The notes under the pieces were generated by a model. It was not told where the DNA came from, searched no databases, and was given only the letters and a program-made list of their open reading frames with translations. From assembly GCF_026210795.1 (NCBI RefSeq), contig NC_089429.1:4278001-4342000 (forward strand): DNA of 64,000 bases, read 5' to 3'. Source of the DNA: Rhizophagus irregularis (Eukaryota). This document shows positions 12,378-25,729 of this stretch, in pieces. The first letter of the stretch is position 1. Each line of letters begins with the position of its first letter. Made by a program: the position numbers and the translations under genes.

Positions 12378-15300
12378 TTAACGAATTTGGAGTTTGCGAT
12401 TAATTGGATTAATCGCCAAATATTCAATAGCATTACTCTGAGTAGAAATTCGATATTTTGATAGTATAAATCGACAAAGGATATTATGTACAGGAATAAT
12501 ACAATCGTGGCTTTCATCATAAAATTTAGATTTCTACAACTCGATGTTACAGCTCTCGTCTTCATCATCAATATGAAAATAATATCGACTTTCACTCGTA
12601 CTAGCTGGTCGATACCAACGAATATATGCTAAATTATGTTCCATTTGTCCATTTGGCACGTCAACTGTATGTTTGAAGAAGTATTGAATTTGTCCAGGAT
12701 AACTGTCGACTTCCCCATCACTAGTTATAAATTTGGCTAGGACATACGAGCTTTTTGTATGTCGAACTGACATTGCGGAGCCAAATACTTTGGAACCAAT
12801 TCGGCATCTTCCAAATTGATTTATCTTTACTCGAATTGTTATAGAATCTTGGATAATTTCATCTGCTGATTTGCAAACTTGTACATTTCGATATAAGAAG
12901 CATTATAAAAAGCAACCATCAGTTCGAGCATTGATTCGGTCATTATTGCTTCGGAACTAGGCTTCAGCATTTCTCCAGGAAATGGCTCGCATCTAGTAAT
13001 AGTCGATTCCTATATGTTTTTAGCATTTAGCCAAAACCACTCTAGTTCATCTGAAGAAAATTGGTCCGCAGCCGATATTGAACCAGTTGTGGGTCGATCT
13101 TCAAGCAATTCTAAACCTTTCGTTTGAATGTCAGAACTAATGATATCTCCAATTCAATTATCATTCATTATTCGACGCATTATTTCCAGTTCAATTTGTC
13201 TATTACTTGTTGGCAATGAGCCTTAAAAATTATTAAAAATAAGACTAACAATGTAAACATCTGAATAAAGTAAAAAAAGTAAAAAAAAAGAATATCTTAC
13301 CGAGTATTCCATTCATACGCTCAAATGAAAAACACCAAAATGCATATAATGGACCAAAATCATTCGAACATACAATCGCACAAATGGAGCGAAAGGTAAA
13401 GATTAGGCATAATTTTTACTCTTCCATAGTGTACTTCAATAAGCTTAATTATTTTAATTAGCCTCTCATGAGCTTCTTCCATTAATTCAATTTCTAAAAT
13501 TCGGCTTACTAAAATAAAACAAACTCTAACGAAATGTGTCAAGATTTTTCGATCTTTTGACGGTAAATGTTCCCACAATGAGGTAGTTGCATAGATCATA
13601 AAGAAAATTCACCACTGATCGGCTGTATAGTTTGAAAACCCTTCTCCGCGCTCAATATTTCCGGAAATTCGTCCTAAATCAGCCGGTATTTTGAATTGAT
13701 TCATTTTTTCTTGAATCTTCTTTAGATCGTTCGGGGTTAAAACACCCTCGTTGATCCAAATCCTCTTCATTATCCACCTCGCAATTCCTAAAAATAAGCA
13801 GTGCATTGGATCTACAATAATAAAATGAATTGGGTCAAAGTACGGCAATCGAAGTAACTCCGACCACCTAACCCCTTTTTCACTAACGAAATTCTTTCTT
13901 GAATTGGTGGAATTGCAACTTCGCCATGCAAGAGCATTTCGACGATGTTCGGTCGAATCGCAAGTAATGAACCAATTTTCCATATCCTCCATACCTGCAA
14001 AATTATGTTGGTGGTCTTCATAATTTGCTCGTTTCATACACCGATGGCAAGAAACCAAAGCTGAAATATGCCCGCATATTTTCTGAGCAGTAGGGATATC
14101 GCACGAAATTAGTACTAAAGCTGCACGAATATTTTTCCCGTTTTGGCACTCAAATGTTCGATTTAAAGTTATTTCACTCCATAGTAACTCTAATTCATTG
14201 ACAATAGGCGCAATATAATGATTAATCTTGTGCAAGCTTACTTCGTTCGGTTCTGGTAGTAGACCGAGAACCAGCAAATTTTCGCACTTGAACCGAATAT
14301 CACGGGGTAAATTACAGATAGCCGCGTAAATTACCCCGATACTATAAAATGTACTATCGTAGGACTGGAACCAATCAAGGTTTATCATTGGTCCTAGATG
14401 TGAATCGGCTACTTCTGGTCAGAAAAATTTGGCTGAATTTTCATCGTCAGTTTCTCTGAATGTTTTCCAGATTTGACCGTCATATATATCGGTCAGTATG
14501 TTATCGAATTGTCGATGATTTAACCAATGTCGAAGTAACCGTTCAAAGTGAGGCCGACGATATAGAGCTTCCAATTGTTGATGAATCAGTACAAATGGAT
14601 ATATTAATTCTGGCTTTTTAACCTCTCTCTCAGCCAAGACCGTTTGACATGATTTCGTCCTTCAAGACGCAGAATTTGGAAATTCAATGTGACTGCATCT
14701 TATGATACCGATACTGTCATTTTTTTGAATTTCGTCCATGTCTGTCTTATTATATAATTTATGACATTTCAAACATGGCACGAAACTATGGAAACGATCT
14801 TTCAGGCCAAGTTGAATTCTTGCCAGATATAGAGAGTCAGGAAAGCTATCGTAAATGTCTCCACCGATTTCTTTTAACACTATTTTCATGAATTTTAGTT
14901 GAGATTCGGTCACTGTTTCAGGGAGATTGAACTTTTTTCGAAAGGTCATTATCCACAATAAAATCCATGAAAATTTATCATCTATTGTCATTTTTTCTTC
15001 CTCTTGATATGACTTAAAATCTGGCGGTGAATAATTTTCAAAAGTATCGGCAAAAGTTCCATCATCTGACTCATTGCCATCAGAAGAAGAAGTATCAGTA
15101 TGTTGTTCATAATCAGAATTGCTCAAATCTTCTGTTCCTGAATATTTGAGCATAATTTGTGGGTGATTTGCGTAGCTTCTTGTATGGCTTCGAGGTAAAA
15201 AAATATATTCATTTTCGTTGTATTCTGGAATTGTCGAATTATCTTTTTCATTTAATGGAATTGTTATCAAATCTTCTTTAAAAGGAGTTATTACCGAAAT

Positions 15301-15610
15301 TTCTTCATTTAATGGAGATATCAAAATATCTTCAATCTTCATTTATCAGATTTTCTTCTAACAAAGTTATTGTCGAATCCTCTTCTTGATTAATTAGTAA
15401 CAATGAAGCTAAACCACTATTAAGATTCGAGTCAGTTGTGTTTTCCGCCGCTTCGTGAAGCATTTTGGTTCATGTTACAACCAGTTTTCCATTACATTTG
15501 TCACAATAACAAGGGACTTTGGTTCTTTTTTTGCTAAACCTTCTAGAAGATAGTCGGTTTGCTATCCTTTCCGAACTCATAATTTGATTAATCGATCTTC
15601 TTCTCATCAT
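12378..15610 (-). pseudogene. CACTA/EnSpm Tnp2 (Transposase_21 + DUF4218-like) transposase, multiple stops and frameshifts
   Basis: CYCDKC N-terminus, DIYDGQIW, INLDWFQ, SCDIP..CGH, VDPMHCLFLG, TADQW and WCFSFERMNG; intron 13222-13300; ends NPINRKLQIR*. Confidence 0.9.
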
Positions 15611-15717
15611 GTTTTATAAAATTTGATAAAGAATCGGTTATAATTAATATGTATTTTAAAATTTAACGAAATTTTGACAAATAAAGTCAATTTTTCTCTT
15701 GAAAATTAAAATTTTAT

Positions 15718-16366
15718 GAAATTTTTTTTTAATTTGAAAATTTCGGTTAAAATTGATCTGTTAGCAATTGATTTAATAAAAGTTTAATTTCGAGATTTTG
15801 ATTTAGTTGATTTAATTAAATTTTCAATCATGAGAAATTTTTTTAATTTGAAAATTTCGGTTAAAATTGATCCGTTAGTAATTGATTTAATAAAAGTTTA
15901 ATTTCGAGATTTTGATTTAGTCGATTTAATTAAATTTTCAATCATGAGAAATTTTTTTAATTTGAAAATTTCGGTTAAAATTGATCCGTTAGCAATTGAT
16001 TTAATAAAAATTTAATTTCGAGATTTTGATTTAGTCGATTTAATTAAATTTTCAATCATGAGAAATTTTTTTAATTTGAAAATTTCGGTTAAAATTGATC
16101 CGTTAGTAATTGATTTAATAAAAGTTTAATTTCGAGATTTTGATTTAGTCGATTTAATTAAATTTTCAATCATGAGAAATTTTTTTAATTTGAAAATTTC
16201 GGTTAAAATTGATCTATTAGCAATTGATTTAATAAAAGTCTAATTTTGAGATTTTGATTTAGTCAATTTAATTAAATTTTCAATCATGAGAAATTTTTTT
16301 AATTAATTTGAATATTTCGGTTAAATTGATCCTTTAGTAATTGATTTAATAAAAGTCTAATTTCAA
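15718..16366. repeat. Tandem repeat, 114 bp x ~5.7
   Basis: CATGAGAAA recurs at 15829, 15943, 16057, 16171 and 16285. Confidence 0.95.
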
Positions 16367-16668
16367 TTAGACTTTTTTTAACAATTAATTAACTTATAAA
16401 TCAAATTTTGGTTTTATTTTTATCAAATAAACTTTTTACCAGGAAAGCTTATTTTGAATTTATAAAGCTCCATCAATCGAATTTTTTTCGCAAAAATAAT
16501 TTTATTTTTTCGATAAACAATTCTCGTAATTTTTATAAAATCTGCAATACATTTTTATATTGATCAACTTTTATATAAATCGAACAATATTTTTCGTCAT
16601 TTTGAAAGAAAGTTCTACTTTATTTACTAATTTTACTATTCTTCTATTTATTAAAATCTCTATAAAGA

Positions 16669-18824
16669 ATGAAACGATCTGAAAAAAAAAGTGTTGAAAA
16701 AAGTCGTCAAGAGTCTCACAAACAAACTTCTTCACAGGAATTTGTAAGTTCTGATTCTCCCAAACAAACGTCGATATCGAAACAACAATCCGCAGCTTCC
16801 AGTTCCAGTTCTGCCAAAACTCAAAAATAAGCGTCGAAACAAGAATCTGCAGCTTCCGGTTCCGGTTCTGCCAAAACTCAAAAATAAGCGTCAAAACAGG
16901 ATTCTGCAGCTTCCGGTTCCAGTTCTAACAAAACTCAAAAACAAGCGTCGAAACAGGATTCCGCAGCTTCCAGTTCCAGTTCTACCAAAACTCAAAAACA
17001 AGCATCGAAACAGGATTCCGCAGCTTCCGATTCTGGTTCTATCAAAACTCAAAAACAAACGTTGATACCAGAAGCTTCGGAAGATAATGGGCCATTTCGC
17101 TTAGTGGAACCATCCAGCTTGTATTCGCAACAAAGCAGGATGGTACCACCAACTCGTAATATAACCATACATGGGGAATTAACGCCCATTACACGCACAG
17201 CCGAACCATATAGGAGCAATGTACATAGGGAATTAACGCCCATTACACACACTACTGAACCGTATAGGAGCAATGTACGCACCGCCGAACCATATAGGAG
17301 AGAATCAACGCCAATTATATGTGAACCTTATAGTAGTAATTGGACTAGAGATGTAAATGGTGAGCTACAATTGACTTTGTATTCATTTTAGAGTTCTGGT
17401 CGACTTTAACGTTTTTTAGAAACGTATGATCTTTGAGAAGAAAATGCCTACTTACGGGGAAGAATCGATGAATTAAATCGGCAACTCGATAATGCAAATG
17501 GCGAGTTGTGTGACCTACGGCTAGACGTTGGCCAATTACAATCGTATAACAATATACTTAGTCAGGAAAATGACAGCTTGCGTTACCGACATTCATCTGA
17601 CCTTCAAGATATCGAATTTGAAGAGGATTAGCGACCAACAAAGCGTAGGAAAGGAAAAAATACAGTGCGCGATTCTTGGAGATGAAATGGAAGTAGATGA
17701 AGAAGAAGCTAGGGTTCGTTCAAAAATCCTCTTTCGATGTATGCTTTTAACGCTCGCTAAACCGATATTTTGTTCAATTTAGGCTGAGATGAAGACGATT
17801 CTAAAAACTTTTCTAATTGAACTAGAATTAATATACGATGAAAAGTTTAGCAGTGAGTCGAATGATGAAATTCTTCGACAGATTATACCTTGATTAATTG
17901 AAGCGATGAAGCCTAGGTATACTCCACGATACAGGCAAGTTAAGTCTTGGCTTGCCGTTTTACATAAACATCGCAGAGTGCGTTTGTTATATAAACAACG
18001 TGGCACTTTAGACAAAGATAATTGTCGTCTACATCGAAACAATCGGTTAAATGAGGTAAATAATTTCTTTATTATTTCAAAAAAAAAAAATCTCATCATT
18101 CGTCAAAACTTTAAATATAGAAAAAAGCATGGCGAGTTAAAGGCGCAAAATCGCTTTTCGACAAAAATGACGAAAAACTGGAGAATTATGATCAAAAAGA
18201 ACTTTTGAATGTTTTAAGCGACAACCGATATTACTCTCCAGAGTATTTTGAATCGGATGAGGAGCAACTAGACAGTAAAAAACATATCAATGTTTATAAT
18301 CCGTCTTGGAAATCTGAAGAGGTTCAATAACTTATTTGTCGTATTTTTATTTTTTATTTTTTATTTGTTTTATTTTTTTCGTAATAGGATTGATTTTTTT
18401 TCTAATAATAGTTAATAGATTTATTACGAAATATCTTGGACCAACATGCTTTCTCTCTTCAATCTGCACAACTGATACGAACGCGAAATTATGATGATGA
18501 GATATATAATATCATTTCTCGTCATTCACGAGGTGCTCCAAATTGGACCTACGTGAAGCAAAATATGCCAGCCGATACTGACTTTTTGAGCCGGAAATGC
18601 TGATTCAAACGATAGATAATCTTATAATGGTGGAAGATGCGGAAGTGTTAGCGGAAATAGACGAAATAGAGGTAATAGAAGATTCGGAACTAACGGGAAT
18701 GAAAGAATTGGAACCAATGAAAGAATCGGAACCAATGGAAGTAAATGAATCGGAACCAATTGGAGTGGAAGAATTGCTGGAAACGGAAGATGAAACAGAC
18801 AAATGGTATAAATTTGTACTTTAA
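16669..18824 (+). pseudogene. Accessory (TnpA-position) multi-exon gene of element A
   Basis: ATG at 16669; Ser-rich repeats; exons including VKSWLAVLHKHRR, YYSPEYFESD and APNW; acidic tail; in-frame stops. Confidence 0.65.
16777..17062 (+). repeat. Coding tandem repeat, 57 bp x 5
   Basis: CGAAACAGGATTCCGCAGCTTCCAGTTCCAGTTCT..AAAACTCAAAAA unit. Confidence 0.9.
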
Positions 18825-18944
18825 TTTTTGTTTTGAGTTTTTGTTATACTAACTTTTTTTCGAATTTTAGATTGATTCGTCAGTTTTTTTTTGGATTTTT
18901 TTTTTTGAAAATTATGGGTTTTTTTGTGGAATTGTGGATTGGAT

Positions 18945-19180
18945 TTTTTTATTATTTTCGTATTATTTTCGTAGGAAATTTTTATTATTTTAGTATTATT
19001 TTCGTATTATTTTCGTAGGAAATTTTTATTATTTTTGTATTATTTTTGTATTATTGTTGTAGGAAATTTTTATTATTTTAGTATTATTTTTGTATTATTG
19101 TTGTAGGAAATTTTTATCATTTTAGTATTATTTTCGTATTATTTTCGTAAGAAATTTTTACTATTTTTGTAGGAAATTTT
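18945..19180. repeat. Degenerate ~42 bp tandem repeat
   Basis: TATTATTTTCGTAGGAAATTTT recurs about 6 times. Confidence 0.75.
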
Positions 19181-19695
19181 TGCGATTTAATTAAAATAAT
19201 TGGTAAATCAATCGAAATAAAATCGCTATTTTAAAACTTAAATTTGCTAAATTTTGTCAAAATTATTATGGTCGATTTTATTTATTTTTGCAAATCGGCA
19301 ATTTAAATCAATATCGATTTTTAGACGAATAGTCAATTGTTTATGACGAATTTCATTTGCATAGCAGGTTCGAATTTTATTGATATGTACAGCTGATTTT
19401 TTTAACTAATTCCGAAACTTTGCCAATTTCTAATTGCGAGTGGCAGGCGTTACAGTGCAAATCGCCTATAAAATTAGTTGCCGATTTTTTTGGTACTGAT
19501 CGGCTAAGGTCAGACCAAATTTCGTCCAACATTTGGCAACTTAAAATTTTGCCGAAATGGACTATTCTGACCAGTGATGATAAAGTGATTATCTTGTAAA
19601 TAAAAGTTATTTTAAAATAAAATAAGCTTTTTATTTTAAAAATAAGCTTTTTATTGTAAAATAAGCTTAAATCATATTGCAATTTTTAAAAGTAT

Positions 19696-20095
19696 ATTAT
19701 TGCTGTTTTCTAATTACTGTGATCTAGCATTTTTTAATAAAAAAAAAATTTTTTGAGAAAACATGTGAAAATAAAAATTTTATTGCATTTTTAAATAAAG
19801 GAGATATGATTATAAGTTAAAAATTATAATTTTAAGAAAAAATTTTCAATCTTTAAATAAGTTTGCTTATAAATAACTTTTTTAAAAACGATTTATTACA
19901 CAAAATTTAAAAAGTTACTTATAAGTAAACTTATTTAAAAATTGAAAATTTTTTCTTAAAATTATAATTTTTAGCTTATAATCATACCTTCTTTATTTGA
20001 AAATGCAATAAAATTTTTATTTTCACATGTTTTCTCAAAATTTTTTTTTTTTATTAAATAATGCTAGATCACAGTAATTAGAAAACAGCAATAAT
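19696..20095. repeat. ~400 bp near-perfect palindrome (foldback)
   Basis: ATTATTGCTGTTTTCTAATTACTGTGATCTAGCAT.. pairs with ..ATGCTAGATCACAGTAATTAGAAAACAGCAATAAT; arms ~185 bp. Confidence 0.95.
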
Positions 20096-20310
20096 TAGAA
20101 AATTCGCAAATTTATTATATAAAATTGCCAAATTTGCAAAAAAAAATATTAAATCATAAAAAATTATTGAAATAATCATAGAAGCCAGGATTACATTAAT
20201 TATACATACAAATTATACAAATTTTGTGTTATTCCAAATTTTATAAAAATCGGCCTTTTTACAAATTTGGATTTTGCCAAACTTATTAAACTTATTCAAA
20301 CACTAAACAA

Positions 20311-23300
20311 ATGAGCAGAAAAAAGTTAGTCTCTAGTATACTTGACGATCTTGATGACGAAGAATCACCTTCAAATCAGCCATCTTCTACTCGTAGAAAT
20401 AGATCAATTTCTAGTATAATAAACGAAGAAATAATATCTTCTGCTAGATTAACAAGTAATAAAAGAAAACTAGTAGTTTGTAATTGTCCTGATTGTGATG
20501 GCGACTTGGTGGATTCTCGCACAAAAGAAATTCACGATTTCAGACTTCAAGAATACCAAGATTCACAAGGTACAATTTCGTCTCAAGTTCGTCAACTTGA
20601 AATAGGTGAAACATCAACACCCGCTTCAGCTGGACGAATGATTGATGAATCTATTAGACTAGAATCTGAAGAATCAGATAACAGTAATCAAGATGATGTT
20701 GATGATGAATATCAAAATATTGAATTTAACTTCTTACCTCGACAACATGCAAGAAAGTATACAAATCGTCCAGAAATTTCAGAAGATCCAGAAGATTTAT
20801 CATCATCCGAATATACTACAGAGGAAGATATCTACAGTGATACATTGTCTATAGGTGGTGAATCAGATAATGATCCAATTTCTGGAATTTCTGAAATTTT
20901 TGAAGATTATTCACCGCCTAGTTATGAACCATTTCAAAACCCACCATATTCAGAATCGAATTATGATCGATTTTTATGGATGTTACTTTGGATAATGAAC
21001 TTTCGAACAAGATTTAATATTGCAGAGACAGCTACTGAGACTCTAATAAAATTTATGAAATTGGCCCTGTGCGAGTTCAGTAGTGATGATTTTAATGATT
21101 TCCCAGATTCGCTTTACTTAACAAGAAAGAAGCTTGGATTAAACGACCAATTTCATAGTTTTGTATCTTGTCCGAAATGTTACAAATTGTATAAAAAAGA
21201 GGAAGTGGTAGATTTCAAATAAGAGGACAATCCTGCTATAATGAAATGTTAACACATAGAATTTCCCAATTCTTCAGTTCATAGATCACGTCTTTGCAAT
21301 ATGGCATTGTCTAAAAAAATTAGCGTATCGACAAATCGAACAATAATACAACCTAATTTAATGTATCCGTTTGCTAGAATCAATCAACAACTTGCCACTA
21401 TGTTTTGTTGGCCTGGGTTTGAAAATTCTTTCCGACATTGAGCTAATCGGTCGAATTTTGATAATATTTTGACCGATATATATGATGGGCAAGTGTGAAA
21501 GAATTTTAAAGAATCGGACAATGAAGATTCGCCAAATTTTTTTAGAAGCGAAGTGGCCGATTCTTATCTTGACTTGATGCTGAATCTTAATTGGTTTCAG
21601 CCATATGATAGTACCATTTATAGTATCGGTGTCATATACGCCGCTATATGCAATTTGCCACGCGATATCTGATTTAGACGTGAAAATTTATTGACTCTCG
21701 GCATTTTACCTGGGCCAAAGGAGGTCAGCCTATATAAAGTGAACCACTATTTAGCACCAATAGTTAACAAATTGGAAATACTCTGGGCTGAGTTAACACT
21801 AAATCGTACTTATGAATGCGAAAATGGAAAGAGAGTTCGTGGTGCTTTAATCTTAGTATCATGTGACATTCCCGCCACAAGAAAAATTTGCGGTCATGTT
21901 TCTGCCTTAGTTTCATGTCACAGGTGTAAGAAAAAAGCTAATTATGAAAATGGGCAGCATAATTTTGCCAGAAAGGATGATGTAAACTATTCTGCTCGAG
22001 ATTCGAATGAGCACCGGCAAAACGCATTAGGTTGGCGAAGATGCAACTCAGATGCTACTAGAAAGCACTTCGTCAAAGAAACTGGCGTTAGATGGTCCAA
22101 ATTGTTGTGTCTATCATATTTTGACCCTATTAGATTTATTACAGTCGATCCAATGCATTGCTTATTTCTGGGTATTACGAAGTGGATAGTAAAACGAATT
22201 TGAATCGATGGGGGTATTTTGACACCAAATTCTTTGAACAAAATTCAGAAAAAGATGGATGAGTTTCAGATACTATCCGATTTGGGTCGAATTCCAGGAA
22301 AAATTCATAGTGGAGAGGGATTCACCAATTTTACGGCCGATCAGTGGCGAATATTCTTTACAATTTATTCAACTGTATCACTTTGGGAACACCTTTCAGA
22401 CGTAGATAGAAGAATCCTGAATCATTTTGTCAGGGTTTGTTCGATTTTGGTAAATCGGATTCTAGAATCTAATTTGGTGGATGAAGCCCATAGAAGTCTT
22501 ATCGAAATAGTCAAGCTCATTGAGAATCACCACGGCAGAGATAAGATCACACCGAATCTTCATCTTTCTCTGCATTTGCGTGATTGCTCATCTGATTATG
22601 GACCATTATATGCGTTCTGGTGTTTCTCTTTCGAACGTATGAACGGTATTTTAGGTAAATATCCGTTAACGATTTTTTAACGATTTTAACGATTTCAATA
22701 TTAGCTTATAATTTATTGATTTCGCACTTTTAGGTTCGTTACCAAACAGCAACAGGAAAATTGAGTCTGAACTTATGCGTCGATTAATGTTTGATAAACA
22801 AATCGAAAATATCATAAGTTCAGGTATCGAAGTAAAAGGTCTTGAATTGCTAAACAGTCAGCGTACTATCAGGTCCCATTCAGTTACTGATGAATTTTCG
22901 TCAGATGAGATGCATCGATTTTGGCTGAATTCACAAAATATTAAAGATTCACAGATTTCTGGCAAAGAAGGCTTCCCAGGTGAATTTCTTAAGCCGGTAT
23001 CTCATAATATACTACTTTCAAGTGAAATGTTAAATTTAATGGTCGAATATTACAATGTGACTTACGAATCATTTGGATTTCGGAGGCCTCTTGTAGAAGG
23101 TTTAGATAACGATATAATAATTAGGGTCAAAATTAACCAATTCGGAAGGTGTCGGATTGGTTCAGAAGTCTTTGGATCGTCATTATCGTTAAGACATGTA
23201 AAAAGTTCGTACGTCTTAGCGAAATTTATTACGGATGATGAAGATGTCGACACCTACCCAGGTCAAATTCAGTATTATTTTACTCACGTAGTAGACTTTC

Positions 23301-23566
23301 CGGATAATTCCGTCGAACATTTTCTAGCATACGTTCGTTGGTATAAACACGCAAATTCAACCAATATTCGATACTATTTCAGCAGTGATGAAATTTGTAA
23401 TGTTGAGTTGTGGAATACCGAATTTTATCCAATAAGTCGTGATTGTATAATACCTGTGCATCATATTTTAGGTAGATTTGTACCAGTAAGTTACCAAATC
23501 TCAAACCGGCAAAATGCAAGAGAGTATTTAGCCGTAAATCCAATTAGTAGAAAATACCAATTATAA
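20311..23566 (+). pseudogene. CACTA/EnSpm Tnp2-type transposase with in-frame stops
   Basis: CNCPDC, SCPKC, SCDIPA..CGH, VDPMHCLFLG, TADQW and HLSLHL..YGPLYAFWCFSFERMNG; intron 22655-22733. Confidence 0.92.
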
Positions 23567-23696
23567 ACTTATAAGTTTTAGACATAAATTTATAATAAAT
23601 TGAGTAATTGACTATAAATTTGGTGTTGATTTTTCCGAATTTCTGAATTTTAATGACAAATCATGTTTTTCAAAAGTTAATTTTGATGACTTTTTT

Positions 23697-24265
23697 TGTA
23701 TCAATCAGCCGTCAATCAAATATAATGATTTTTTGCCAAATTTTTATCGAATTTTTATTGAATTTTTATTGAATTATCAATTTTCCATAAATCGGAAGTA
23801 CATATTTGAATATTGGGTAAATTTTAGGTTGATTTGTCATTTTGTCTGATTTTTTTTTTGATTTCAACCAGCATCAATCAGCCGTCAATCAAATATAATG
23901 ATTTTTTGCCGAATTTTTATCGAATTTTTATTGAATTTTTATTGAATTGTCAATTTTCCATAAATTGGAAGTACATATTTGAATATTGGGCAAATTTTAG
24001 GTTGATTTGTCATTTTGTCTGATTTTTTTTTTGATTTCAACCAGCATCAATCAGCCGTCAATCAAATATAATGATTTTTTTCTGGATTTTTATTGAATTT
24101 TTATTGAATTTTTATTGAATTGTCAATTTTCCATAAATTGGAAGTACATATTTGAATATTTGGCAAATTTTAGGTTGATTTGCCATTTGTCTGATTTTTT
24201 TTTGATTTCAACCAGCATCAATCAGCCGTCAATCAAATATAATGATTTTTTTCTGGATTTTCATT
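23697..24265. repeat. Subterminal tandem repeat, ~173 bp x 3.3
   Basis: ATCAATCAGCCGTCAATCAAATATAATG near 23700, 23873, 24046 and 24217. Confidence 0.9.
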
Positions 24266-24375
24266 AAATTGTCCGATTGGCATCAATCAGATGTGCTGAT
24301 TTGTAATGTCAGTCGATTTTGGTCTGATTTTTAGCTGATTTTCCATATGTCCGATTTTTTTGATTTCGACCAGTG

Positions 24376-25710
24376 GTTACTAATAACCATTTTTTTCTTT
24401 ATTTTTTTTAGATTCGGGTGGACTTCCAAAGAACGAAAACCCAAAGGTAAAGATCTTTACTTTATAATTTTTTTTTTAAATTTTATTAATGAACGGTTAC
24501 TAATAACTGTTCTTTTCTTTTTTTATAGGTTCGGGTGGACTTCCGAAGAACGGAAAAAGGAGAACCTTTAAGATTCGTAAGTAATATATTTACGAATCTT
24601 TTGTTTTAATGTTATGAAACAGTTACTAACCGTTCCTTTGATTTTTTTTTTATAGATTCGGGTGGATTTCTGTCTTTCCAAGGAACGGAAAAAACTAAAG
24701 ATTCAGTATGAATCTTTATTTTTTTATTTTTGTTTATTATTACGAACGGTTTCTAACCGTTCTTTTTCTTTTTTTTTAGGTCAGTGTCTTCCAAAGAATG
24801 GAAAAAACCAAGATTCGTAAGTACAAATCTTAGTTTTATTTTTATTTTTTTTTTATAATATTAACAAATGGTTACTAATAACCGTTCTTATTTTATTTTT
24901 TTAGTTCAGTGGGCTTCCGAAGAACAACGGAAAACCAAGATTCGTAAGTAAGTACGAATCTTGGTTTTTTTTTTATTTTTTATTTTTATTTTTTATTACT
25001 ACGAACGGTTTACTAATAACCGTTCTTTTCTTTTTGTAGGTTTCAGGATCTTTAGAAAAAGTGGAACCAAGATTCGTAAGTACGAGTACGAATCTTGGTT
25101 TATTTTTTATTTTTTTAATATTATTATGAACGGTTATTAATAACCGCTCTTTTTTTTCTTTTTATAGGTTTGGTGTCTTGAGTGGATTCTGATATACAGA
25201 AAAAACCAAAGATTCGTAAGTAGAATCTTGGGTTTTTTGCTTTTTTTTGATATTATGGAACGGTTTAGTTACTAACCGTTCTTTTCTTTTTTTTATAGTT
25301 TTGGTGGGTTTCCAAAAGATCAAGATTCGTAAGTATATACGAATACATGAATAATGTGATTGTGGAATTGTAGATTAGCAATACTTATTTGTAATATGCA
25401 TTTATAAATAAAGTTGTGATTTTATTGCGAATATTAAATAAAATGAGTTGTGGCTGAATATTAGTAAATAAATTTAGTACAAATTTGCAATATAAATTAA
25501 GTAACATTCGGAAAACTATTCACCAAAATTTGCTATCTAAAATTGTTCCGAATGTTAACTGAATTTTAGCCGAAATTTCAAGCCGAACTTTAGGCGAGTG
25601 GCAGCGAATTGCAGCCAAAAAATCTGCTAAAGTTCGACCAGCATTAGACCATAAATCAGCCTAAAATCGGCTGGCTGAATTTTGGCCGATTTGGACTATT
25701 TTGACCAGTA
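24376..25710 (+). mobile_element. Truncated non-autonomous CACTG element with a micro-exon array
   Basis: Inverted near-copy of 30923-~32150; ends ..GGACTATTTTGACCAGTA (terminal G>A). Confidence 0.85.
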
Positions 25711-25729
25711 CATCATCTTCACTAAAGTT

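Larger units (their letters stand above)
11900..19576. mobile_element. CACTA/EnSpm-type element A (right TIR present, left end not found; start approximate)
   Basis: Ends ..GGACTATTCTGACCAGTG at 19576 (reverse complement CACTGGTCAGAATAGTCC); contains a divergent transposase and accessory gene. Confidence 0.7.
19577..24375 (+). mobile_element. CACTA-type element B (right TIR only)
   Basis: Ends ..TTTTGATTTCGACCAGTG at 24375; carries a transposase and subterminal tandem repeats. Confidence 0.75.
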
